From the human T2T-CHM13v2.0 reference genome, Homo sapiens: a stretch of 64,000 bases of DNA. The stretch lies in the NCBI RefSeq assembly GCF_009914755.1, contig NC_060931.1, one strand, 5' to 3'. Position 1 is the stretch's first letter, and every line of letters starts with the position of its first letter. This document shows, piece by piece, positions 21,537 through 45,853 of this stretch. The notes under the pieces were generated by a model. The model searched no databases and was not told the origin of the DNA. It worked only from the letters and a program-made list of their open reading frames with translations. The position numbers and the translations under genes were made by a program.

Positions 21537-22245
21537 TTAATAACTTCATTTTTAGAGAAAAAATAAAACAACATTTATCTTGAATATAGAACAAGATATT
21601 TGCCTACAGATAGATACTCAACTGGTATTTGTAAAAGTGAAAAGTAGAAAGCTAGAGGGAAAGGAGAATGGCCCAGTCTACCTAGAATTTGACACCTCTG
21701 AAAGCTAACTCCACGTGGCTCCACGTCTTGGATAGACATGCTTGTTACATTTGTGCAGTAACTCTCTGCTCACCCCAAATCACCTCCACTAGTCACAGGT
21801 GGGGCTGGATGGCCAAACAGTCTTGAACTAAACTATACATTCTCAAGAGTGACAGTATCACCCACAATGGGGTGAAAATGGCTTCTTAGGGAACAAAATA
21901 ACATTAGCCAATGTTAGATATTACAATGGCTTGCGGCTCTTCTAGGGCTACAGTACATAATACACAGTGTATCTGTACAAAATTTCAAGAGGGTGGGACA
22001 ACTAGAAAAATGCATATCTGAAAAGGTTCTTGGGAGGTGCTTATTTAAAAAAAGAAGAGGAAGGTTAAGAAGCACTGGACTAGGAGACGCCCCAAGTACT
22101 GTGGTTCTTTTGCCCAGGTACTCCCTCTGGAATGTCGGTCTATCAGCAGTGGGCATCATCTCACTATCTGCACCCACAGTGAGGTCTAACTGTTCATAGA
22201 GGCTTAGAAGCTCAAGGACACGAATCTATTTTTGCAAAGACATCA

Positions 22246-22994
<749 letters not shown>

Positions 22995-23492
22995 TTACGA
23001 GATGTGGCAAAACCCATGCTTGCCAGCACCAGGAGAACGAGGCTGTCTTTGAACAGTGCACCTTCAAGGTAGCAAGAGGAGCAAGACCACCCACCTCTGA
23101 AACCTCGACTCAGGGTGCAGGGAGCGCAGCAGTTTGGAACTGGTGCATTTCACAGGTCCACATGGAGCTCTGGGCCAAATCATCACAGTACCAGGCAGTG
23201 CTCACAGATGGTGCACTTGGCTGGGAACTACAGACCAAAAGCTGACAAGCAGAAATGATGCTTCTGAAACACATCTTGGTCCTGGCAAAGGGAGCAGCTC
23301 ATTTGCTATTCCAAATTGTTGGCCAGAGAAGAAGCGATGGAGAAGGGCACTCAGGATCCTATGGGCAGGGCCAACTATGGCGTGGAGTACACGTGACTTG
23401 GCAGAAGAGGTACAGATCATGGAAATATTTGCTTCTAGTCATTTAGGAGAGGACGTTTGGAATTCCAGATTGGCCAATGTATGTTTTTCGCT

Positions 23493-25032
<1,540 letters not shown>

Positions 25033-25494
25033 TGCACTCTCTTTGTTACTCAATGAGCAAAGGGGGATGTCTCCAGGCCCATGGTTGGAGGAACAATCAG
25101 GATAGGTCCCCCATATCTCCAGCTGTCTCCCGATATTTCTCAGCTCTGGTTCCTAAGTATGTAAGGACACAGCACATTTTCTGCAGACCTTCAGTAAATG
25201 AAGACTCTTCCCTCTAATCTACAATTCTATACCAACCCTACTGGTAACATAAACATTCAGATTTAGACTACAGAAATGACCTCTTTACCAGATTTTAATT
25301 TAACAGACAAACAGGGCTGGGAATACCCCCCAAAAGTTATCAGCATTGTACCCAGAGGTCTGATCCCTATGCCCCCACACCCTCAACCTTAGGGGAACGG
25401 AAACAAATAGAATCTCAGAGGTAGGTTTTACACTAAGTCCCTAAAAACCACTCCCAAGCTGCCAGGCTGAAGCAAGGTCCAGGAAACCTGATAA

Positions 25495-26380
25495 TCATAA
25501 TAATATCTAACATTTACTGGGCACGCACAACGTGGTGGACATGGTTTTTTAAAATACCCACACAATTTTTTTTTTTTTCTTAGAGGCAGGGTCTTGCTCT
25601 GTCACCTAGGCTGGAGTGCAGTGGTGCCATCATAGCTCACTGCAGCCCCAAACTCCTCGGCTGAAGGGATCCTCCTGCCTCAGCTTCTGGAGTACCTGGA
25701 ACTACAGGAGCATGCCATCACACTTGGCCAATCTTTTAAAATTTTTTCAGAGACAAGGTCTTGCTATGTTGCCCAGGCTGGCCTCAAGCAATCTACCTGC
25801 CACCGCCTCCCAAAGTGCTGGGACATATACTAATTCATTTACATCTTCCTGCTGCCCATTTGACAAATGAGAAAACTGAGGCTCAAAGAGGTTCAGTAGC
25901 TTGCAGAAGCTTACGCAGGGAGTAGAGCTGAGATTCCAGCCCCAGCAGTCTGCCTGTGCTTTTTGTGACCTTTCAAAAGGTCACTCACTGACATGGTCTG
26001 TCTGGATCACTGTCTCCTGATCCCAGCTTTTCTTACCAAGCGAGTGCTATGGCGACCAGGTACACAGAGTCAAACTGAAATCTAAATGGCTCCCTGTGGT
26101 CTAGCTCTTGCATCTCAGGTCAGCCACCAGAGGCCATTCTTCATCATTTCAGAGAGTAATAATAAATAATAGGAACTACTTATTTAACACTTGCTATGTG
26201 CCAGGCACTGAGCTCAGGGCTTTACATGTATTCCCTTGTTGAATTCCATGCCAACACTATAAATAGGTTCTCCCCTTCCACATCTTATCAATGAGATAAC
26301 TTAGAAAAAAAGAGGTTAAGAATAACTGTATCAAGGCCATGCAGCTACCATGAGGCAGAGTGGGGGCTCAGCTCAGAATC
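25495..26380. mobile_element. MIR fragments plus a truncated minus-strand AluJ (25565-25824)
   Basis: MIR core (aaatgagaaaactgaggctcaaagaggtt; atgtgccaggcactg). Confidence 0.7.
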
Positions 26381-26383
26381 TTA

Positions 26384-27321
<938 letters not shown>

Positions 27322-28889
27322 TAACCCCCGTATTGTACTGCCTTCCCTTGATATCAGAGACCCCAGCCCTTGGTCCTGGCATAGGATCACAGGATCTCAA
27401 GCTCTTTTCAAAGTTTGAGAGTTATAGTATGTTTTCCTATCTGGGTGTTTAGGAAGAAAGTTAGTGGGAAATTGGGAGAGATAGCTATCAGGAGCTTTAA
27501 TGCAAATGGCAATTGTCAAAACAGATGCTCCTTAAATCGCCTCTTTGTCTGCAGTCAGGATCTTAGTAATTCTCTATGGGTGCTCCATTCCCAGGGAGGG
27601 GATACAGGTCGTTCACAGAGAACCCTGCACACGTCTGAAGTCTCTTCCACCAGAAAAGAATTGGTCTGATGAACAAAACCTGTTCAGGCCCTGCAGGGTC
27701 CCATCAAACTGCCATTACAGAATCACATGCCCCCAAAAGACAATGGTGAGTCTCTTCCTAGATCTGCAACCTTTCATGGAATGCAGGAGGTCCTAAATGC
27801 AAAAGCTTTGATTAAATTCTTTTATCACTCTTGAATGAGCAAGTAGCTGCAGGAAGAAAGAATGTAATTCACTCAGACCAGGCCTCATTTTCCCTTCTCT
27901 AGCTTCCAAATATCATGATCCACTTAGCAAGAAGCACAGAAAGCTAGCCTGCCAAGGACTGTGTCTCGTGGTTTCCCCACTGCTATGTGAGTCAAAGTAA
28001 TGAACTTGAACTAGGGCAGGAAGCTGCAGGAGTGCCAGGACTGTACAACATTCATTAAGACCAACCAGCCAAAATTCTCATAAGGAGGTAAAATAATCCT
28101 TAAAAAAATCACTGCAAAATAAAAGGGAGGAGAGGAATATACAGGAAAAGTGGGTGGGCTTCAAAGGGTAACAAGAAGAAAAAATGTCTATCTGAGACTC
28201 CATTCAAATTAGTTGATGAAATCTCCAAAGCATAAGGCGCAGCTTAGCTTCCAGGGGCTTGCAATCCATTACTCAAGGCAGAATGAAGGGAGTGCTATAA
28301 TTGACCTAAAAGCATTGTGTTAAGGCAGGACAAAGTCAGGAACGCAGGGTCCAGACAGGTCATTTTCCATGATTTTGCAGTGAGCCTTTAAAAGAGGGAA
28401 GGATTCTAATGAATTGCAAAGGGAGATAAGCTGAGTGGCCTGAGCAATGGTGAGGATGCCAGGAAGGAGGGAAGGTGACCGACCACCCTTCATGCTGGAT
28501 AGAGGATCCCCATAGGAAGAGAGCAGGACAAGCTGGGCCCAGAAGGTCAAGGCAGGCTGAGGGGCTCATCTTCGATGCAGAGTCAGTAGAACCTGCCCAG
28601 GCTTGGGTATGAAAGCGCCAGAACTTTGCTCACCAAAGATCAATCTGGGGACAGTATGAAGGTTAGACTTGGTGGGGTAGAGCTGACTGGGGAAAGGGTC
28701 TTAGTTAAGACAATAGGGAAGGCAGCCAGTGTGGAGGATGGGGATTGGAGAAGTCTGGATAAAAGAAAAGGGCATTTCAGATGGAACTAACGAGACATGG
28801 CAACTGACTGGAAGGGCAGGAGGCAAGAGTGATGCTGAGGTGTCTGGTTTGCGACACCAAAGGGACCATGAAACTAATTAGGAACAACA

Positions 28890-29637
<748 letters not shown>

Positions 29638-29924
29638 GTCTCCAGGATCTATAGGAAGATCCCTAAGATCTTCAAGATAGCTTCTCAAGTTGAAGAAGCA
29701 AGGTACAGAACTGTATTTTAGTATGCTACAATTTGGTTAAAAAAATGGGGAGGTCAAGGAGAATATATAGTCTGATTTCTCTGCATAAGTATTTATATAA
29801 AAATATCCAGACATGTACCCACTCCCGAAAAACTAATAATAGCAATTTATTCATTGGCACGTCTGGCAGGTGGGGCATAGGAATAGTAGAGCATGTTCTC
29901 ATGACAGCTCCTTCTTTTTTCTTT

Positions 29925-30270
29925 TAGTAAAATATACATAATATAAAATGTACCATCACAACCATTTTTAGGTGTGCAGGTCTAGTATTAAATGCATTCA
30001 TAATGTTGTGTAACCATTACCACCACCATCCATCCTCTGAATTCTTTTCTTCTTGCAAAACTGAAACCCCCACCCATGAAACCATAGCTCCTCATTCCCC
30101 CTACCCTCCAGCCCCTGATGACCACCATTCTACTTTCTCTCGGATTTTGACTACTCCAAGTATCTCATGCAAGTAGAATCATGTCCTTTTTGTGTCTGGC
30201 TTATTTCATGCATAAAGTCCCTCAAGGTTCATCCATGTTGTAGCATATGCCAGCATTTCCTTCCTTTTTT
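29925..30270 (-). mobile_element. L1MB-like 3' end
   Basis: aaaatgtaccatc...ctggcttatttca...tcaaggttcatccatgttgtagcat. Confidence 0.75.
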
Positions 30271-30274
30271 AGAC

Positions 30275-33090
<2,816 letters not shown>

Positions 33091-33149
33091 CAAAGCTTCT
33101 CCTGGAAGTTTCAGGTCTCCATGGACTCCAGAATTCCCATTACATCAGC

Positions 33150-33187
33150 ATGGCAAAAACTGCAATTACTTTTGCACCAACCTAGTA
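33150..33187. mobile_element. MADE1 (mariner MITE) half element
   Basis: atggcaaaaactgcaattacttttgcaccaacct matches the MADE1/Hsmar1 TIR. Confidence 0.8.
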
Positions 33188-33328
33188 TCTATTTTTTTTT
33201 TTTTCTTTTTTGAGATAGGGCCTTGTTCTGTCACCCAGGCTGGAGTGCAGTGGTGTGATCACAGCTCACTGTAACTTTGAACTCCTGACCTCAAGCCACC
33301 CTCCCACCTCAGTCTCCCAGAGTGCTAG

Positions 33329-33881
33329 TGTCAGAGGTGTTTGAACCAGAGCAACTCCATCTTGAATAGGAGCTGGGTAAAATAAGGCTGAAACCCTCTG
33401 TGCTGCATTTCCAGATGGTGAGGCATTCTAAGTCACAGGATGAAATAGGAGGTCGGCACAAGATACAGGTCATAAAGACCTTGCTGATAAAACAGATTGC
33501 AGTAAAGAAACCAGCCAAAGCCCACCAAAACCAAGATGGCAACGAGAGTGACCTCTGGTCCTCCTCACTGCTACACTCCCACCAGTGCCATGACAGTTTA
33601 CAAATGTCATGGCAACATCAAGAAGTTACCCTATAGGGTCTAAAAAGGGGAGGCATAAATAATCCACCCCTGGTTTAGCGTATCATCAAGAAATAACCAT
33701 AAAAATGGGCAACCAGCAGCCCTCATGGCTGCTCTGCCTATGGAGTAGCCGTTCTTTTATTCCTTTACTTTCCTAATAAACTTGCTTTCACTTTACTCTA
33801 TGGACTCACCCCACAATCTTTCTTAAGTGAGATCCAAGAACCATCTCTTGGGGTCTGGATCAGGACCCCTTTCCTGTAACA
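33329..33881 (+). mobile_element. MER41A solo LTR (ERV1)
   Basis: tgtcagaggtgtttgaaccagagcaactccatcttg ... tgtaaca, 553 bp, 4-bp TSD ctag/ctat. Lacks the MER41B GAS-motif segment after taaaaaggggagg. Confidence 0.9.
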
Positions 33882-35000
33882 CTATGAGCTAGAACTACAG
33901 GTGTGAGCCACCCTGCCTAACCTTAAATATCTTTTCACAATTTTGGATATTTGAACCATATGACTTTTTACCTGTTCAAAAAGTAAATAAAATTTAAAAA
34001 TTAAACAGTGAATTCAGTTGTTCGTATCTAGCCAGATGAACTCATCAAGAGCAAAGGAAGGAAAGGACCAAGGCAGGGAAGAGAAGAGGACTCAGCAAAG
34101 GGCTTGAGGAGCAGCTATGTAGGTGGCGTGTTGGATGAGCTAGACTCCACAGGATGCAAGCAGAAACACTTTGCTCTTTCTCACAACTCCCTGTTCGAGC
34201 TTCCCTGTCTCATATCTTTCCCTGGAGAGAGTACTGGGCTGGTCCCATTGCTTTGTTATAAACTCTTAAGGAATCAAAAGTCATCCAGTAACTTTTAGAT
34301 AATAAAAGATTCCGTGCAGGCTACTAATCACATTACAGACTTCCTTCCTTTGAAAGAAAACACCTTCCTTCTTTTGACTTGGGTTTGACCCAGTCTAGTA
34401 AACCTAGAGTGGGGAAGAGGAATAGATCAGGGTCTCCCCCACCACCACCACCACTCTTATTGAGTCCACCTCCTTCCCCACTGTGCAGCTGTGGTTTCTA
34501 GCCACACCATAGTTGGACAGGCTTAGAAGGAGGAGTAAGGGAAAAGGGGGCCCAGGCCTCTCACCCTTTTGGCTACTGAAAATGTCCTCCCCAAACCTCT
34601 GGGCTTCTGAAGGTCTCTCCCTCCTCTGGGGCAACATTAGCACTCTAGGAGGTCCTGAAGACCCCCCCAAGCAGGCTCCTCCATTGCCCCATGTGTCATT
34701 GAGATGGCAGCTCTTCCAAAGCCAGCCCTCTCCTGCTCTGCTTGGTTACTAAACTCAACAGCAGCTCCAGCTCCAGCCCAGGCCTTTAAACTTTTTGCAG
34801 GTGGCTGAAACATAAGCTGCCTTTATGCTTTATACTGCAGCAATCACAAGTCAATCTCTACAAATGGCTCTTAGGAAACACCTTTAGCTCAAATTGAATG
34901 AGAAAACACCCCTTCCCCACCCTGAGAAGGTTAGGAAAAAATTCAACTATTTCCCAAGGAAATTCTTTTGCCTAATCCTTTAATGTCAACCTCTTAAAAA

Positions 35001-35780
<780 letters not shown>

Positions 35781-36147
35781 ATAGAGAAGAACAATGGGAT
35801 AGTGGCAGCAGAGCTGATGCCATCTTAGCTTGAGGGTGGTCTAGCATGTACTTCTAGGAGGAAAACTTGGCATCTACTGTATTATTCTTCAGCTTTATGG
35901 CCTAAAATTGAGGCAAAAGAGTGCCCTTTTGATATCCTGTTGCACTCTACATAAGAGGCAGGAGACAAAGGACAATGGGAACAAAATAGTCTGAGAAGAG
36001 AACCAAGAGAGAGGCATGTGCCTGAGAGATCAAGGGACACCTCCAATCAAGGGCAGGTGGTTAGTCTCTAGTAATGTTCAATGCCACAGAGGGCCAAGTA
36101 GGATGAAGACTGAGAAAGGGACACTGTGGGGCTGATAACTGGAGTGA

Positions 36148-36847
<700 letters not shown>

Positions 36848-37029
36848 GAGTAGCAAGGTGGCAAAAACCATGTTCTTGTCCTGACAGCAGCACCAGAATT
36901 TTTATAAAAGGGACTTAGCAGTAGCAACTTGGTTTGAAGGGGACTGAAGGCTTTCAGATGGGTTATGCATTGGAGAAATTAAGGTTAAATTGTCCAGTGT
37001 AACCCACCTAACCCACGTTAGGTGGGTGG

Positions 37030-37768
37030 GCCATGTGTTGGAGGAACCCCCAAGACCCATTACCATGTTCAATAGTTTGGTACAAGTCCTCCCAAGACTG
37101 AGCATACAGTTGTATGTGTAGCTATGATTTACCATGGAGAAAGAATACAACACACAATCTTCTGAAGGATCCAGAGTGTGGGGCAAAATCTAGAGGAAAC
37201 CAGGCTCAAGATTTCAGAATCCTCTCCCAGTGGCATCCACAGGACATGCTTCACTCCCCTAACAACGAGTAGCGGCAATAGATGTGAAATGCTGCTCACC
37301 AGGAAAGTTCATTTGAGAATGAATGTCCAAGGTTTTCATTGGGAGCTGGTCATGCAGGCACTCTCTGCCTGGCATGTACTCAAATTCAAGACTCTCAAAC
37401 AGGGGCAGGAGCAGTGGATCACACGTACGTATAACCCCAGCACTTTGGGAGGCTGAGGCTGCAGGATTGCTTGAGGCCAACAGATTGAGGCTGCAGTGAA
37501 CTCTGATTGTGTCACTGCACTCCAGCCTGGGCACCAGAGTGAGACTTTACCACTTAAAAATAAATAAATAAGACTCCCAAAAGGAAAAAGGGTGCTTAGC
37601 ATAAACCATATTGTTTGAACAAACAGTTTGGCCTTGATGAACCACTCTTAAAAGTTTTAGGAATGGTGGGACCCCTCCAAAACTCCAATTCTCCAGAAAC
37701 CAGCTAAGGGCCAACCTTGCAAATGTGCCATCCTAAGGATATCTTGCTAGGCCAACACTTCTGCACAC
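37030..37768 (-). mobile_element. ERVL-class LTR (MER77/MER21-like) with an Alu monomer at 37403-37570
   Basis: aaatctagaggaaaccagg, gcataaaccatattgttt, agggccaaccttgcaa motifs; terminus ttctgcaca. Confidence 0.6.
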
Positions 37769-38303
37769 ACCCCCACTCTCACTCTCAGTTCCTGAGTCAT
37801 TCAGCCAAGGCCACAAAAATTTATAGAAATAAACATTTCGACCTAGAGCAGGAATAGATGCATGGCTTCTCGTGGTTCAGAGGCCCTAATATAGATCTTG
37901 CAGCTGCTGGTGACACAAGGTAGGGTCCTTCCAGATCTGGGATGTTTAACTCTGTGCAGTGCAAGGGTGCTGCTGTTATTCTGAAAGAACTAGCACAGTC
38001 TCGTCATTCTCTTGCTTCTGTTCATGGAATTTTACATTCAGCAGGCTCTCCTAGTTCCTGAACTACCTTATCCTCACACAGCTGGTCAAAGTAAAACAAA
38101 GGTCTGGACAACCCAGAGAGGTTCATTGCCTTCAGCAGTCCAGAACCCCCAGGAAGCCCATTTCCCAGGGGAGCAGAACAACAAGCACAAAGTTTGTATA
38201 TGTATTACATAATGCAGAACAATAAAAATAGAAAAAAATGCTTTTATGCACACTTTACATTAGAATGAAAAATATCAGTTAACCATAGCAGAGTAAGAAA
38301 ATC

Positions 38304-38580
38304 AAGCCAGGCATGGTGGCTCATGCCTATAATCCCAATAAGTTGTGAGGCTGAGCTGGGAAGATTGCTTGAGGCCAGGAGTTTGAAACCAGCTTGGACA
38401 ACATAGCCAGACCTCATCTTTACAAAAAATAAAAAAAACTTGGCCAGGCATGATGTCACTATGCTTTGGTCCCAGCCACTCTGGAGGTCGAGGCAGAAGG
38501 ATCGCTTGAGCCCAGGAGTTTCAGGCTGCAGTTGTCCGGTCTAGACAACAGAGTGAGACCCTGTCTCTCAAATAAAAAAG
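38304..38580 (+). mobile_element. AluJ-like
   Basis: Alu consensus with a short deletion. Confidence 0.85.
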
Positions 38581-38592
38581 AGGTAAAGGGGT

Positions 38593-38948
38593 TGTATTAG
38601 TTCGTTTTCATGCTGCTGATAAAGACACACATGAGACTGGGCAATTTACAAAAGAAAGAAGTTTAATTGGACTTACAGTTCCACATGGCTGGGGAGGCCT
38701 CACAATCATGGCGGAAGGCAAAGGAGGAGCAAGTTACATGGATGTTGGCAGGCAAAGGAGAGGGCTTGTGTAGAGGAACACCTCTTTTTAAAACCATCAG
38801 ATCTTGTGAGACTTCTTCACTATTACAAGAACAGCATAGGAAAGTCCCCCCACCCCCACCATGATTCAATTACCTCCCACCGGGTCCCTCCCACAACACG
38901 CGGGAATTCAAGATGAGATTTGGGTGGGGACACAACCAAACCACATCA
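38593..38948 (-). mobile_element. THE1 solo LTR
   Basis: tgtattagttcgttttcatgctgctgataaagac ... ggggacacaaccaaaccacatca. Confidence 0.88.
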
Positions 38949-39413
38949 GGTTGAATATGAGAGTTGGGGTAGGCTGATTGCACTTCCTAGTGCTGCTATT
39001 GCCCCCTCTCTCCCCTCTCCTCCAAATAGCAGAACAGGAGGAGCAAATCAGATTGGGTTGGCTCTCAGGATGTGCTCAAAGTTTGTGCTCAGAGCTGAAG
39101 CCCATTTCTGGTCATGTTTCTCATCTATGTGGTAGGTTCATCCAGAGCCGGCCTCCTCATAGTAGGCCAAGCCACCTCACCCCTGTCTTCTTTTCTGCAT
39201 GGGGAGATGGGGGATGAGCAAGGCAGATACAAAGGGGGACTTTATTTCCCATTCCAACTTCTCCTATACACACACCTCTCTCAGGGATCCATATGGAAGA
39301 GAAATTATCCAGGCAAGAGAGAAACAGGCCTCTCAATTGCATCAAACCTCCCCTTCTATCTACTCCGACGGTTGCAGGGTATTTTTTAACCTTCAGAGAA
39401 TAATTTCCGCTTA

Positions 39414-39417
<4 letters not shown>

Positions 39418-39448
<31 letters not shown>

Positions 39449-39736
39449 AGGCAGAGTGTTGCTCTGTCACCCAGGCTAGAATGCAGTGATACAATCACAG
39501 CTCATTGCAGGCTCGAACTCCTGGGTTCAAGTGAACCTCCTGCTTCAGGTTCCTGAGTAGCCAGGACTACAGGGGTGCGCCACCATGCCTGGCTAATTTT
39601 TTATTTATTTAGTTATTCGAAGAGATGGGGTCTCACTATGTTCCCCAGGCCGATCTCCACCTCCTGGCCTCAAGCAATCCTCCCACCTCAGCCTCCCAAA
39701 GCAATGGGATTAGAGGCGTGAGCCACTGCACCCAGC
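39418..39736 (-). mobile_element. AluJ-like
   Basis: TSD taaaactt; long poly-T. Confidence 0.88.
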
Positions 39737-40330
39737 TACAGCCTAAAACTTCTGATCTGAAATATGTTAGGCATTTTGAGAATATGGATGCAATGACTGC
39801 AGAATAATCTTGACTTCAGGATTAAGAGGCAAGGAGATACCAATTTCTGATGTGTTTTTGCTCAACTTCTCACGGAAGTCTCCATGCAACTAGAAAAAGA
39901 CACAAAGTCACAGCGGTCCTAGAAGCTGAAGATAGTCATCCATTTGAATGAATCTGGGGAAACGTACACTCACCATGGCTCCAGTGAAGCGGATGGAGAA
40001 ATAAAGCTGGTGGTCTCTGCAGGCACTACTAGAAAGCACCTGCCAGGAAAGGGTAGGAAGAGTCGTGAACAGCATGTGCTGCCTGCTCCAAGCTGGGAGA
40101 CCCAGGTCTGCAAAATCCAGGCACCCAGACAACCAGCTCCTGACTATGTGTGCTTGGATTACTAGGAAGTCTGGCATCTTGTCCCCCTTCCCTTTTATCC
40201 ATTTCCTCTCCCTTCCTGGTGCCTCTGTTTTGATCTTGAATTGCAGGAACAACCCCAGCATATTACATGGGAAGAAGTTTCAGCACCTGCAAGTAATGCA
40301 ATGAGTGAGAGCCACAGGCAGCTCCCTCCA

Positions 40331-41900
<1,570 letters not shown>

Positions 41901-42135
41901 TGAAAACTAGTGGGGAAACGTAAGGTTTAATCCAGCAGAGAAGGGAAGCACTGCCCTTTAATGTACAAAAACAAAATTAACTCCTCCAAATTATTCACTA
42001 TCAGAGACAGAAGAAAGGTTAAGAAACACCTGCTTTGTGTTAGATATGGCCAATGAAAGCCTTCCACAAAGAAGATTTGTCCACAAATAGACATACGAAG
42101 ATGAAAAGACAAGAGGCTGAAACAGGAACGGAAGG

Positions 42136-43156
<1,021 letters not shown>

Positions 43157-43462
43157 ATATCTCTTCTTAATCATCCTTTTCAATTTGTTTTTTGGGTATG
43201 CATTATAAGGGCCGCCATGTGTGAGTAGAGCAGCACCTGCATGTGACATGATAAAGAAATAACAGGGAAGGGGTAGGACACAGGACCTGGGAAGGGCAGA
43301 AAGAGAAGCCATTGTGTAATGGAAAAGTTGAAATCTGCATGATATGAACTTTTTACTTATACACTTAGACTTCATATACTCCTCTGTTATGTTACTTAAA
43401 ATAGCATATTAGTATATTAATTTTATAGAGGTAAATATAAGTGCTTTCTGAAAAATATAATT

Positions 43463-43925
43463 TCCTTCCTTTTCCTCCCTCCCTTCCCTCCTTCCTTGTC
43501 TGCCTCCCCTTCTTCCTCCCTTCTTTCCTTTTTCCCTCTTCTTTCCTTCCTTTCTTCTCTGCCTCCTTCCTTCCTTTCCTCCCTGCCTTTTTCCCTCCCT
43601 TCCTCCTTCCTTTTTTCCTTCCTTCCTTCTCTTTCTTTCGACAGGGTCTCACTGTGTTGCCCAGGCTGGAGTGCAGTGCCGTGCCATGATTATAGCTCTC
43701 TGCAGCCACCTCAACATTTTCGGCCCAAGCAATCCTCCCACTTCAGCCTCCCAAGTAGCTAGAACTACAGGTGCACACCACCATGCCCAGCTACTTTTAT
43801 TTTTTTGTAGATACAGGGTCTTGCTATGTTACTCAGGCTGCTCTAGAACTTCCAGGTTCAAGCAATCCTCCCACCTTGGCCTCCTAAAGTGCTGGGATTA
43901 TCGGTGTGAGCCACCGCACCCAGCC
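43463..43925 (-). mobile_element. AluJ with a roughly 175-bp (CCTT/CT)-rich expanded tail (43463-43638)
   Basis: Polypyrimidine tract contiguous with the Alu 3' end; flanks gaaaaatataat / gaaaatatgat. Confidence 0.85.
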
Positions 43926-44322
43926 AGAAAATATGATATCATATTACCTGGTGGGTGGGGGGAGAACAATTCCAGAAGCATAATAAATAGCAACAGCCAC
44001 AGCACAGATAATCACATCAATAACCTACAGCCCCAACCTAGTCTAGACAGGGAAAATAAAAAAGAGGTAAAATGATGAGAGAAAGATAATACATGAAACA
44101 CAGAAATTGGAGACTTGAACTTTACAAGAGAGAAAGACAAAAGGATCCGAGAATACTAGAAGGTATAGTAATGAGACATTTTTTTTGGAGCTAAGAAAGG
44201 GAAGACTTTCATGTGCTATCAATCACTAGCAGATCAAATAAGCAAATATTAATAACATCACTCACTGTGATGAACTATAGGGCAGGCACATTGTTAAGCT
44301 ATTTTACTTATGATAGCAATAA

Positions 44323-44936
<614 letters not shown>

Positions 44937-45535
44937 AAGGTAGGTATTAATTGATGTCCCTGTTTTAATAAGGCATAAGGGAGGTTCAGATATTAGGTGA
45001 CCTCTGTAAGATTATGCCACTAATTGTAATAAAATTCAGTTTTGAACCCTGATTTACCTTCACTCTAAAACATTCTTTCCATTATGCCATGTTGTCTTTC
45101 AAGATGAAAATTTCAGTAGTACAATTGCAATTACTAGATTATTAACCATACACACAGAAAATAACAGATAATATACAGAATGCTGTAGGAAAAAAAGGCT
45201 GTACCTCTTAAAACATTCATGAAACATTTATAAAAACAGGATTATATGGTAGATCGCAAAAAATCAACTAATTTTTCAAAGCTGAAATAAGCAGACCTCA
45301 TTCTCCTACTCAAACCCAAAGAAACTAGGATTTAATATTAATAGTAAACATTGAAGCAGAGCCCTAGATCACTCCGAAATGGAAAACACTCTCCTGATCA
45401 ATGAAGAATACAAATGCAAGATAGTATCTTTTAAAGAAAATGACAGTGAGAAAATTACATAACTCAAATATGTAAGTATTAATCAAACTTGTTTTCAGAT
45501 GTAATTCATAACATTAAAATAATTTCATTATTTTG

Positions 45536-45813
45536 GGCTGGGTTTGGTGGCTCACGCCTGTAATCCCAGCACTTTGGGAGGCCAAGGTGGGAAGTTCATT
45601 TGAGGTCAGGAGTTTGAGACCAGCCGGGCTAACATGGTGAAACCTCATTTCTACTACAAAAGTACAAAAATTAGCCAAGCATGGTATAATCCCAGCTACT
45701 TGGGAGGCTGAGACAGGAGAATCGCATGAACCCAGGAGGTGGAGGTTGCAGCGAGCCACGGTTGTGCCACTACTGCATTCCAGCCTGGGTGACAGAGCAA
45801 GACTCCACCACAA

Positions 45814-45852
<39 letters not shown>

Positions 45853-45853
45853 A
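45536..45853 (+). mobile_element. AluS-like with (TAAA)n tail
   Basis: Alu consensus plus about 10 TAAA units. Confidence 0.9.

Noticed and set aside
33329-33881. MER41 as an interferon-gamma/STAT1 enhancer
   Set aside because: This copy is the MER41A type and lacks the tandem GAS (TTCCGGGAA-like) segment found in MER41B.
43392-43762. K/R/G-rich and F/L/P/S-rich ORFs
   Set aside because: Translations of a CT-rich simple repeat; the YI-rich ORFs at 49139-49429 likewise come from the TA repeat.
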